Assembly: GCA_035485115.1 (NCBI GenBank)
Contig: DATHOG010000166.1
Location: forward strand, 1,621-65,620
Direction: 5' to 3'
DNA from: Candidatus Sulfotelmatobacter sp.
GTDB lineage: Bacteria > Verrucomicrobiota > Verrucomicrobiia > Limisphaerales > UBA11358
Length of the DNA: 64,000 bases
Numbering within the stretch: the first letter of the stretch is position 1; every line of letters starts with the position of its first letter. Shown piece by piece: positions 28,404 through 35,454 of this stretch. Below the pieces are notes generated by a model. It had not been told where the DNA came from. It searched no databases and was given only the letters and a program-made list of their open reading frames with translations. The position numbers were made by a program, and so were the translations under genes.

Positions 28404-29297
28404 GTGATCATCATCACCGACGAACATTGCACCGGCTATTCGCGGGCCGGCCATCCCGAGCGCCCGCAGCGCATCACTTCGACGGTCGAACTCCTGAAAT
28501 CGCCAACCGGGCTGCCGGTGGAATGGCGCACGCCGACGGTCGCGACCGATGAAAAAATCCTGCGCGCACACACGCCGGCAATGCTTGCGCGGCTTGAGAT
28601 ACCGGAGGATTTTGATGCAGACACGCCTTTTTTTGAGGGCATCTCCAAATATGCACGTAGCTCGGTGGCGGCGGCGCTGGATGCACTGAAGCTCTGTCGG
28701 GAAGAAAAAAATGTTTTCAGCCTGATGCGTCCGCCTGGGCATCACGCGACGCGCGAGACGTCGATGGGGTTTTGTTACCTGAACAATATTGCGATCGCCA
28801 CGCTGGAAGCGATCCATACGGGGGCAAAACGCGTGGCGGTCTTTGACTTTGACGTTCACCACGGCAACGGTACGGAGGACATTTTGTTGAACCAGGCCGG
28901 CATCGAATTTTTTTCCGTGCACCAGCATCCCGCGTATCCGAACACCGGCGCGGCGAATCGCGGCCGCAACTGCTTCAATTATCCCGTGATCCCGGGTGCC
29001 ACACGCCAGACGTATCGCGCCGCGCTCACCCGTGCGCTGGATGATCTGAAACATTTCCGGCCTGGACTCATCGCCGTGTCCGCGGGTTTCGACGCCTACG
29101 CGCGCGATCCGCTGGCCGATGCGCCGCTGCTTGCGGAAGATTTTCACTGGCTGGGCAAAACGTTGCGCGAAACGAAGGTTCCATTTTTCAGCCTGCTCGA
29201 AGGCGGTTACAGCCGTGACCTGCCGGAACTGATTCTGGCTTACGTCCGAGGCATGGAAGGGCAAGAATGCCCTCGACAAACGGAGGCGAAAACTTAA
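28404..29297 (+). CDS. Histone-deacetylase-family (acetoin utilization/acetylpolyamine amidohydrolase-like) protein
   Basis: 297 aa with a GTG start 3 nt after the U32 stop. Motifs: RPPGHHA, FDFDVHHGNGT, SAGFDAY, EGGY. Confidence 0.85.
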   Translation: MIIITDEHCTGYSRAGHPERPQRITSTVELLKSPTGLPVEWRTPTVATDEKILRAHTPAMLARLEIPEDFDADTPFFEGISKYARSSVAAALDALKLCREEKNVFSLMRPPGHHATRETSMGFCYLNNIAIATLEAIHTGAKRVAVFDFDVHHGNGTEDILLNQAGIEFFSVHQHPAYPNTGAANRGRNCFNYPVIPGATRQTYRAALTRALDDLKHFRPGLIAVSAGFDAYARDPLADAPLLAEDFHWLGKTLRETKVPFFSLLEGGYSRDLPELILAYVRGMEGQECPRQTEAKT

Positions 29298-29306
29298 TCT
29301 CCGCGC

Positions 29307-29843
29307 ATGGCTTCACCGGCAATGCCTTTCATATTCGGCGGCTTGATTGCATGGAGCATTTATCGCCGCATCCGCCGCAACATCGGGGAACAAAAATTAC
29401 GGCCGCGCCGGATCATTTTGTCCCTGGTCATTTTCGCGGTCGTTGGAACCTTGATTGTCACATCGGCATTTATGCTCCATAACCCGGGGATGCTTTTGGG
29501 ATTTGGCGGCGGCCTGCTGGTGGGAGCGGGTCTGGGATTTTTCGGGTTGCACCTGACCAAATTTAGAACAACCGACGAAGGACATTTCTATACGCCCAAT
29601 ACCTACATTGGCGGCGCGCTTTCACTGCTGCTGATCGGAAGGGTGGCCTATAACTACTGGAAAAATGGCGGCTTCACACCTCCGCCGGGTCATCAGCCAG
29701 TGCCGAGTCCGCTCACGTATTTCATCATCGGCCTGACGTTTGGCTACTACATCGTTTATTACATCGGCCTCTTCGTCCACACGCACGACAAGAAGCCGCC
29801 AGTCCCGCCGGTTCCGCCGGTCCCGCCAGTCATGCAAAATTAA
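29307..29843 (+). CDS. Small polytopic membrane protein, unknown function, Pro-Val repeat tail
   Basis: 178 aa with about 4 hydrophobic helices and a C-terminal KKPPVPPVPPVPPV. No family recognised. Confidence 0.6.
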   Translation: MASPAMPFIFGGLIAWSIYRRIRRNIGEQKLRPRRIILSLVIFAVVGTLIVTSAFMLHNPGMLLGFGGGLLVGAGLGFFGLHLTKFRTTDEGHFYTPNTYIGGALSLLLIGRVAYNYWKNGGFTPPPGHQPVPSPLTYFIIGLTFGYYIVYYIGLFVHTHDKKPPVPPVPPVPPVMQN

Positions 29844-29854
29844 AGATACCCCGT

Positions 29855-30778
29855 GTGACCGTCCTTGAAGCGATCCAGAAAAGTGCGGATTTTCTCGGCA
29901 AAAAAAATGTCGAGTCCGCGCGGCTGAACGCCGAACTGTTGCTGGCGCACGTGCTCAAGCTGCCGCGCATGAAGTTGTATCTGAATTTCGAGCGTGTCCT
30001 GACTCCGGCGGAAACCGACGGATTGCGGGAACTGGTCAAACGACGTGGCAATCGTGAACCGCTGCAGCACATCGTTGGCTCAACCTCGTTTTGCGGCTGC
30101 GAGATCGCGGTGAACCGTCACGCACTGGTGCCGCGGCCGGAAACGGAGTTACTGGTGGAACTGGGCTGGAAGTTTCTGCATGGCCGGGTGGGCGGTCCCC
30201 CGTCCGGCGAGCGGCGCGCAGGGGACTGCGCGCCCTACCAGGCCCTCGACTTTGGCACGGGAACGGGTTGCATTGCGATTGCGCTAGCGGTGAAATGTCC
30301 GGAGGCAAGGGTTTCAGCGCTGGATGTTTCGGCGGAGGCCATTGCCTTGGCAAAACAAAATGCCGAAGCAAATAAGGTTTCGGAGCGGATCGAATTTGTA
30401 CAGGGCGATGGGTTTGCGGTATTTGATTTAGGGACGGCGACACGCCGTCCCTCCCAATTTGATTTGATCATTAGCAACCCGCCCTATATCGCTTCGGCGG
30501 ACATTGAAACGCTCCAGCCGGAAGTCCGCGATTTTGACCCGCGCATGGCATTGGACGGCGGCACGGATGGCCTGGATTTCTATCGCCGGCTGGCGGGCGG
30601 AGGAAAAAGCTTTCTCAAGCCGGATGGCAAAATCATGGTGGAATTCGGCGACGGCCAGGCGGAGGCGATAAAAAGCATCTTCGAAAGCGAAAAGTGGATT
30701 GTCGAAGCCGTGCAAGAGGACTACTCTCACCGCGCCAGATTTCTGGTGGCGAAATCCTCCTCATTTTCATCGTCATAA
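29855..30778 (+). CDS. prmC: Release-factor glutamine N5-methyltransferase PrmC (HemK)
   Basis: REPLQHIVGSTSFCG, LVPRPETE, LDFGTGTGCIA and ISNPPYI (the NPPY motif). Confidence 0.9.
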   Translation: MTVLEAIQKSADFLGKKNVESARLNAELLLAHVLKLPRMKLYLNFERVLTPAETDGLRELVKRRGNREPLQHIVGSTSFCGCEIAVNRHALVPRPETELLVELGWKFLHGRVGGPPSGERRAGDCAPYQALDFGTGTGCIAIALAVKCPEARVSALDVSAEAIALAKQNAEANKVSERIEFVQGDGFAVFDLGTATRRPSQFDLIISNPPYIASADIETLQPEVRDFDPRMALDGGTDGLDFYRRLAGGGKSFLKPDGKIMVEFGDGQAEAIKSIFESEKWIVEAVQEDYSHRARFLVAKSSSFSSS

Positions 30779-30831
30779 ATCGATTTGAGGATGAGGAAGA
30801 GGATGAGCATGAGAATGAATCTTTAAAAATC

Positions 30832-32094
30832 ATGGACAGTTTTTTGATCAAAGGCGGCGTGCCGTTGCACGGCACGGTGGAAATCAGCGGCAGCAAAAAT
30901 GCCGCGCTCCCAATCCTGGCGGCGACGCTCCTCACGGACGAACCGTGCGTCATCCGGCGCGTGCCGGACTTGAGCGACACGCGGTTCATGGTGAAGATCC
31001 TCGAATCGCTTGGTGCCACGGCGAAGTTCGAGGACGGCACCCTCACCGTTCACGCCAAAAAAATCAAGGGCTATGCGGACTATGATCTTGTGCGCAAAAT
31101 GCGCGGTTCCATATGCATCGCCGGCCCGTTGCTGGGCCGTCTGAGGAAGGCACGCATCTCGCTGCCTGGCGGTTGCATCATCGGCGCGCGGCCGATCAAT
31201 CTGCATTTGAAAGGTTTTCAGGCCCTCGGGGCTAAAATCAAGATTGAGGGCGGTTATGTGGATGCCGTGGCCAAAAAACTGGTCGGCGCGTCCATGTTCC
31301 TCGGCGGGCGTGCGGGTCCGACGGTGCTCGGCACCGCCAATCTGATGATGGCGGCGGCGCTGGCGGAGGGTATCACTGTGATTGAAAGTGCAGCTTGTGA
31401 ACCGGAAGTGGTGGACGTGGCATGTTTCCTCAATGCGATGGGCGCGAAGATCCATGGTGCCGGCAGCCCGACGGTGACGATCGAGGGCGTGGAAAAACTT
31501 CACGGCGCGGAACACGAGGTCATTCCTGACCGCATCGAGACGGCGACATTTATCATCGCCGCCGCCGCGACGAACGGCGAGATCACCATCAAAGGCGGAC
31601 GCGCCGACCACCTGCGCGCCGTGCTGGACAAATTGAACGAGGCGAATGTTTCCGTCGAGCGGCGCGGTGCCGACATGATCGTGAAGCGCAAAGGCAAATT
31701 GAAACCGGCAGACGTGACAACGCTGCCATATTCGGGTTTTCCGACGGATGTGCAGGCGCAGATGATGGCATTGCTCACTCTGGCGCCGGGCATCAGCATC
31801 ATCACGGAGCGGATCTTTGAATCGCGCTTCATGCACGTCAGCGAGCTGGCGCGCCTCGGGGCAGAAATCGAGATCGAGGGGCCGAGCGCGATCATCAAAG
31901 GCGGCAAGCCGTTGAGCGGCGCGCCGGTGATGGCGAGCGACCTGCGCGCGAGCGCGGCTTTGGTCATCGCGGGCCTGGCGGCGAAGGGCGCGACGCAGGT
32001 GAACCGCATCTACCATCTGGACCGCGGTTACGAAAAGATGGACGAGAAACTTCACAAGCTGGGTGCACGGATCCAGCGGGTGGAGGAGAAATGA
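30832..32094 (+). CDS. murA: UDP-N-acetylglucosamine 1-carboxyvinyltransferase MurA
   Basis: Start trimmed to MDSFLIKGGVPLHGTVEISGSKNAALPILAATLL (ATG 30832). Shows the catalytic-loop region KMRGSICIAGPLL and ends ...KLGARIQRVEEK*. Confidence 0.92.
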   Translation: MDSFLIKGGVPLHGTVEISGSKNAALPILAATLLTDEPCVIRRVPDLSDTRFMVKILESLGATAKFEDGTLTVHAKKIKGYADYDLVRKMRGSICIAGPLLGRLRKARISLPGGCIIGARPINLHLKGFQALGAKIKIEGGYVDAVAKKLVGASMFLGGRAGPTVLGTANLMMAAALAEGITVIESAACEPEVVDVACFLNAMGAKIHGAGSPTVTIEGVEKLHGAEHEVIPDRIETATFIIAAAATNGEITIKGGRADHLRAVLDKLNEANVSVERRGADMIVKRKGKLKPADVTTLPYSGFPTDVQAQMMALLTLAPGISIITERIFESRFMHVSELARLGAEIEIEGPSAIIKGGKPLSGAPVMASDLRASAALVIAGLAAKGATQVNRIYHLDRGYEKMDEKLHKLGARIQRVEEK

Positions 32095-32131
32095 TTTCCG
32101 TGAAATTCCAAACCGTGATAAATTGGCATAC

Positions 32132-32332
32132 ATGAATGCGACCTTGCCTGAACCCGAAATCGTGACGCGCAAAGGCAAACCCGTGTCCGTCATCATCCCC
32201 ATCAAGGACTACGAGGAGCTTTTGGAGCGCGTGGAGGATTCTGCCGACGTGACGTGGCTCAAGCGTGCCCGCAACAAACCGCTTCACTACCGTCCGCTGG
32301 AGGAATATCTTACCGCGCGCAAGCGCAAGTGA
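32132..32332 (+). CDS. Phd/YefM-RelB-like antitoxin
   Basis: 66 aa: MNATLPEPEIVTRKGKPVSVIIPIKDYEELLERVEDSADVTWLKRARNKPLHYRPLEEYL. Its stop lies 2 nt before the toxin ATG. Confidence 0.75.
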   Translation: MNATLPEPEIVTRKGKPVSVIIPIKDYEELLERVEDSADVTWLKRARNKPLHYRPLEEYLTARKRK

Positions 32333-32334
32333 CC

Positions 32335-32588
32335 ATGTATCGCGTGCGGCTTGAACGCGCCGCTGAAAAAGATCTCTCGCGGCTTTCAGCGGAGATTCAC
32401 GACCGTATTATAACGGCAATCCAAGCGCTGGCGGTGAATCCCCGTCCATCCGGCTGCCGGAAACTTACTGGCAGCAAGAACGACTGGGTATCCGCGTTGG
32501 CGATTACCGCGTTATCTATGAGATAGGCGACAAGATTCGCATCGTGCGCGTCAACCGCGTGCGCCACCGCCGCGAAGTGTATCGCTGA
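32335..32588 (+). pseudogene. RelE/ParE-family toxin interrupted by a 1-nt frameshift
   Basis: Frame 1 reads MYRVRLERAAEKDLSRLSAEIHDRIITAIQALAVNPRPSGCRKLTGSKNDW, then nonsense to a stop at 32526. The conserved C-terminus IRVGDYRVIYEIGDKIRIVRVNRVRHRREVYR* is in the adjacent frame (32490-32588). One base appears to be missing at the TGGGT run near 32487-32489. Confidence 0.7.
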
Positions 32589-32635
32589 AACAGTGCAAGC
32601 CGGGCGCGCGGATCCAGCGGGTGGAGGAAACGTAA
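32587..32635 (+). repeat. Relic duplicate of the murA 3' end (imperfect direct repeat of 32046-32094)
   Basis: GAAACAGTGCAAGCCGGGCGCGCGGATCCAGCGGGTGGAGGAAACGTAA versus the murA end GAAACTTCACAAGCTGGGTGCACGGATCCAGCGGGTGGAGGAGAAATGA. A 20-nt identical core is present. In the murA frame the relic would read KPGARIQRVEET* versus KLGARIQRVEEK*. Confidence 0.8.
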
Positions 32636-32720
32636 GGCGCGGACAGCGCCGTCGCGGAAGTCGCTTTCCGAGACGGGCACCATCCGCGCCCGATTTAACT
32701 CCCCACAAATTTTCCAAGCG

Positions 32721-32772
32721 CTCGTCGCCGTGCTCATACCCGAATTAATTCGGGTATGAGCACGGCGACGAG
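32721..32772. repeat. Perfect 52-bp palindrome (26-bp arms, no spacer)
   Basis: CTCGTCGCCGTGCTCATACCCGAATT|AATTCGGGTATGAGCACGGCGACGAG. Lies in the spacer between the TA cassette and the minus-strand gene ending at 32801. It could act as a bidirectional terminator or a recombination/binding site. Confidence 0.9.
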
Positions 32773-32800
32773 AACGAGGATTTTCCAGTCAATCGTGTTT

Positions 32801-33145
32801 TCATGCGGCGAGGGTGGCGATATCGCTGCTGGCAACGTAGATGCGCGCCTGACGGCGGGCCTGGTGGAGCGCCGCCTCGGCCTTTTCCTCGAACAGGGCG
32901 GGGAAGACGAGCAGCGGGAACAACGTGTTCCACGCGATGGCGGCGGCTTCGTTGGCGGCGCGGCGCACGGGTGCGTTCAGCTCGGTGTCGGTGGCGACGA
33001 GCCGCCGGGCGAGCAGTTCCTTTTTCAGCCGTTCGAATTCGGTATCGAGGGCGGCGCGGAACGGCGCGGGGACCGGCAAGGGCCGCAGCGCGAAGCGCGT
33101 TTCGGGCCCGAATCGGGCCCGGAGTTTGTTTTCTTTCGGTTTCAT
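32801..33145 (-). CDS. Hypothetical protein
   Basis: 114 aa from MKPKENKLRARFGPE..., with helical-looking composition. The longer ORF to 33214 would run into the hairpin at 33194-33223. No family recognised. Confidence 0.45.
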   Translation of the reverse strand: MKPKENKLRARFGPETRFALRPLPVPAPFRAALDTEFERLKKELLARRLVATDTELNAPVRRAANEAAAIAWNTLFPLLVFPALFEEKAEAALHQARRQARIYVASSDIATLAA

Positions 33146-33193
33146 AATTGGTTCTTTCTCAGTTCTTTCTCTGGTTTGGTTCAAAAAGCGAAA

Positions 33194-33223
33194 AACCCGC
33201 GGTTGCCTTGGCAATCGCGGGTT
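33194..33223 (-). terminator. Intrinsic-terminator-like hairpin (minus-strand orientation) with no annotated upstream gene
   Basis: AACCCGCGGTTGCC TT GGCAATCGCGGGTT. On the minus strand it is followed by TTTTTCGCTTTTT; on the plus strand only by TTTTAG. Confidence 0.45.
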
Positions 33224-33544
33224 TTAGAAAAATCTTAAGTTAAATTTTAGAATTTCGTTCCCGCAATGCCGGAATAGCCGCAATCACGTGTCCAAATGGC
33301 GGAGCCATGAGACGCGAGCGGCATCATCAGCAGTTTGACAAAAGTGGTTTTCACAACTATCAAAGGCATAAGAAACAGTATTTACGGCGGTTTGTCAACA
33401 TCAATTTCGTCCCGAGTTTATGGGGTAACTCAGCGGTTTATCCAAGGTCCCGGCGGGCGGTGAAGATTAAATTAAGATTAAGGCGATGGTAAAAAGGCAT
33501 TGTCCGATTCGACAGCGGTGCTAAATTGATTCAAACATTCACGC

Positions 33545-34543
33545 ATGAGCCAACCGTTAAAAATGGTGACGTGTCCGGGTTGCGACGCCAAGACGTTCAT
33601 CCCCGGCGACCTGCCGCCGCTGGCGACGGAGCCGTGCAAGAAGTGCGGGCATGCGATCATGATGCCGATGGTGCTGCGGCAATTCGAGTTGCGGAGCAAG
33701 ATTGCGAGCGGCGGCATGGGCTCGGTGTATCGCGCGTGGGACATGATGCTGGAACGGATGGTGGCGGTGAAGCTGATGAAGAAGGAGATGCTCGATGATC
33801 CCAAGATGGTGGAGGCGTTTGCGGTGGAGGCGCGCGCGTGCGCGAAATTGAACCACCAGAACATCATCCACCTCTACACTTTCGACGAATGGCAGGGAGA
33901 ACGTTATCTGGTGATGGAACTGGCGGACCAGGGCAGCCTGGACACGCGCATCGAAAAATTGCATCGCGTGGACGAATTGCGCGTGCTGGACGTGGGCATC
34001 CAGATTTCCCAGGCGCTGGATGCGGCGTTGAAGCACGACATGCTGCATTGCGATATCAAGCCGGGCAACATCCTGTTCAACAACGAGCACCAGCCGAAAC
34101 TGGTGGACTTCGGCCTGGCACGCAAAACGGACGCGGAGGCGGAATCGGCGGAGTTCACGCGCGGGACGCCGTATTACGTGGCGCCGGAGAAGATCAAGCG
34201 CGAGCCGGAGACCTTTTTATCGGACATGTATTCGCTGGGGGCGACGCTGTATCACGCCATCACGGGACACGTGCCCTTTGATGCGCCGACGCCGGATGAA
34301 GTGGTGCAGGCGCATGTGTACACGCCACTCACGCCGCCGAACCAGGTGGTGCCGGAAATCTCGCAAGCCACGAGCGATGCGTTGTCCCGGTCGCTGGCAA
34401 AAAATCCCGGAGAACGTTTTCTAAGTTACGATGACTTCATCATGGCGCTGGAATCGGCGCGCAGCCAGTTGCTGTTCTATCAGTCCCAACAGCCGGAACA
34501 GCAGCAGCCCAAGCGCATGACGAGCTGGTGGCGCAGAAAGTAA
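33545..34543 (+). CDS. Ser/Thr protein kinase with N-terminal zinc ribbon
   Basis: CPGCDAKTF...CKKCGH, then Hanks-kinase motifs: GGMGSVYRA, VAVKLM, HCDIKPGNILF, DFGLA, GTPYYVAPE. Confidence 0.9.
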   Translation: MSQPLKMVTCPGCDAKTFIPGDLPPLATEPCKKCGHAIMMPMVLRQFELRSKIASGGMGSVYRAWDMMLERMVAVKLMKKEMLDDPKMVEAFAVEARACAKLNHQNIIHLYTFDEWQGERYLVMELADQGSLDTRIEKLHRVDELRVLDVGIQISQALDAALKHDMLHCDIKPGNILFNNEHQPKLVDFGLARKTDAEAESAEFTRGTPYYVAPEKIKREPETFLSDMYSLGATLYHAITGHVPFDAPTPDEVVQAHVYTPLTPPNQVVPEISQATSDALSRSLAKNPGERFLSYDDFIMALESARSQLLFYQSQQPEQQQPKRMTSWWRRK

Positions 34544-34673
34544 AACGGTTCTCCGCTATTTTCGGTGGAATGGCTGGAAGGGATTTAAACAACCGGGATT
34601 ACCTTATTTAAAATTCATGGAAACCACTTCAGTTTGCAAAGGAACTTCCACTTGTGAATTGTTTTTAACGGCG

Positions 34674-34716
34674 AATAAAAAACATACCCGCATTGATGCC
34701 GTGCAATGCGGGTATG
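34674..34716 (-). terminator. Rho-independent terminator inside the MITE-like element
   Basis: Stem CATACCCGCATTG (34683-34695) pairs with CAATGCGGGTATG (34704-34716) around an 8-nt loop. On the minus strand it is followed by TTTTTTATT. Confidence 0.6.
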
Positions 34717-34722
34717 TGAATT

Positions 34723-34896
34723 TTATAGATCATCGACAGGTTTGTTGACTTTGAAATGCAACGGGTGGTATCTAGGGGTATCTAGGATAAGGGTGGTATC
34801 CAGAATAATATAGCCGGGGCTGAATACCATCCTCTCCGTGAAACCTGCCGGAACGCCCTTTTTCAGGCCGGACAGAATGGCTTTGTCAGACATCAT
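34723..34896 (-). CDS. Possible 57-aa ORF carried by the MITE-like element
   Basis: MMSDKAILSGLKKGVPAGFTERMVFSPGYIILDTTLILDTPRYHPLHFKVNKPVDDL. It starts inside IR-R and ends just before the internal terminator. It is below the track length cutoff and no family is recognised, so it may be fortuitous. Confidence 0.2.
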   Translation of the reverse strand: MMSDKAILSGLKKGVPAGFTERMVFSPGYIILDTTLILDTPRYHPLHFKVNKPVDDL

Positions 34897-34928
34897 TCCA
34901 CCGAAAACAGCGAGGAACGAGTAAAACA

Positions 34929-34970
34929 GAAAAAAAAGGCGGACGATATCATCGTCCGCCTTTTGTTTTT
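34929..34970. terminator. Bidirectional rho-independent terminator
   Basis: A-run, then GGCGGACGAT (34938-34947), ATC, ATCGTCCGCC (34951-34960), then TTTTGTTTTT. Lies immediately downstream of the minus-strand gene ending at 34983 and of the right TSD copy of the MITE. Confidence 0.8.
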
Positions 34971-34982
34971 CAGGGGTAAAGC

Positions 34983-35390
34983 TTACTGGGGCGGGGCGTT
35001 GGTCGAGGTGGTCGAATCATCGGCTTTCTTTTTCTTCATCATTTTCCCATCGGCGACGCGCGTGGCGTTGAACTTGCCGGAGTCGTCTTTCTTGCCGGCG
35101 GCGCTGACGTAATCGCCGACCGCGATATCGGAAAGCGTGGCGGGCTTACCGTCCTTGGTGATCTTGGTTTCGGAGGTGATGACAATGGTGGTTTCGCCGA
35201 CGGTGATGGTCATGGCGGCGGTGTCCACAGAGGCGACTTTGCCGTGAATGCCACCAGCATGATGATGGGGCGCAGTGGCGGCCGGGGCGCCGTTAGTAGA
35301 AGCATCCTGAGCGCGGGTGACTGAGGGGATCGCAACCAAGGCAGCGGTCAAAAGACCGAGCAGGGCGACTTTCGTGATTTGTTTATTCAT
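34983..35390 (-). CDS. Small secreted protein (DUF5666-like beta-barrel suspected)
   Basis: 135 aa with signal peptide MNKQITKVALLGLLTAALVAIPSVTRA, an HHHAGG stretch, ...ITVGETTIVITSETKITKDGKPATLSDIAVGDYVSAAG..., and a Lys-rich tail. Confidence 0.6.
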   Translation of the reverse strand: MNKQITKVALLGLLTAALVAIPSVTRAQDASTNGAPAATAPHHHAGGIHGKVASVDTAAMTITVGETTIVITSETKITKDGKPATLSDIAVGDYVSAAGKKDDSGKFNATRVADGKMMKKKKADDSTTSTNAPPQ

Positions 35391-35454
35391 AGTTATGTTT
35401 TGTTTGAATTTCAGTTGATTGGACAGAACGACCGGAGAAAAGGTTTCAAAGATT

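Larger units (their letters stand above)
34546..34919. mobile_element. MITE-like non-autonomous element: about 374 bp, 25-bp imperfect terminal inverted repeats, 8-bp target-site duplication
   Basis: IR-L is 34547-34571, GTTCTCCGCTATTTTCGGTGGAATG. IR-R is 34894-34918, whose reverse complement is GTTCCTCGCTGTTTTCGGTGGAATG (22/25 match). The direct repeat AGTAAAAC sits at 34538-34545 and 34920-34927. The left copy contains the kinase stop codon. There is no transposase ORF inside. Confidence 0.7.

Noticed and set aside
27936-29279. 447-aa minus-strand ORF spanning the U32/HDAC junction
   Set aside because: It is antisense to two genes with strong family motifs. Its composition is Arg-rich with no motifs, as expected for a GC-rich shadow ORF.
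30823-32205. 460-aa minus-strand ORF opposite murA
   Set aside because: murA on the plus strand is unambiguous. The antisense translation is Arg/His-rich noise.
33500-33530. tmRNA-like GATTCGAC string upstream of the kinase gene
   Set aside because: There is no GGGG 5' end, no tRNA-like acceptor/T-arm and no tag ORF, and the kinase ATG follows within 20 nt. The match is fortuitous.
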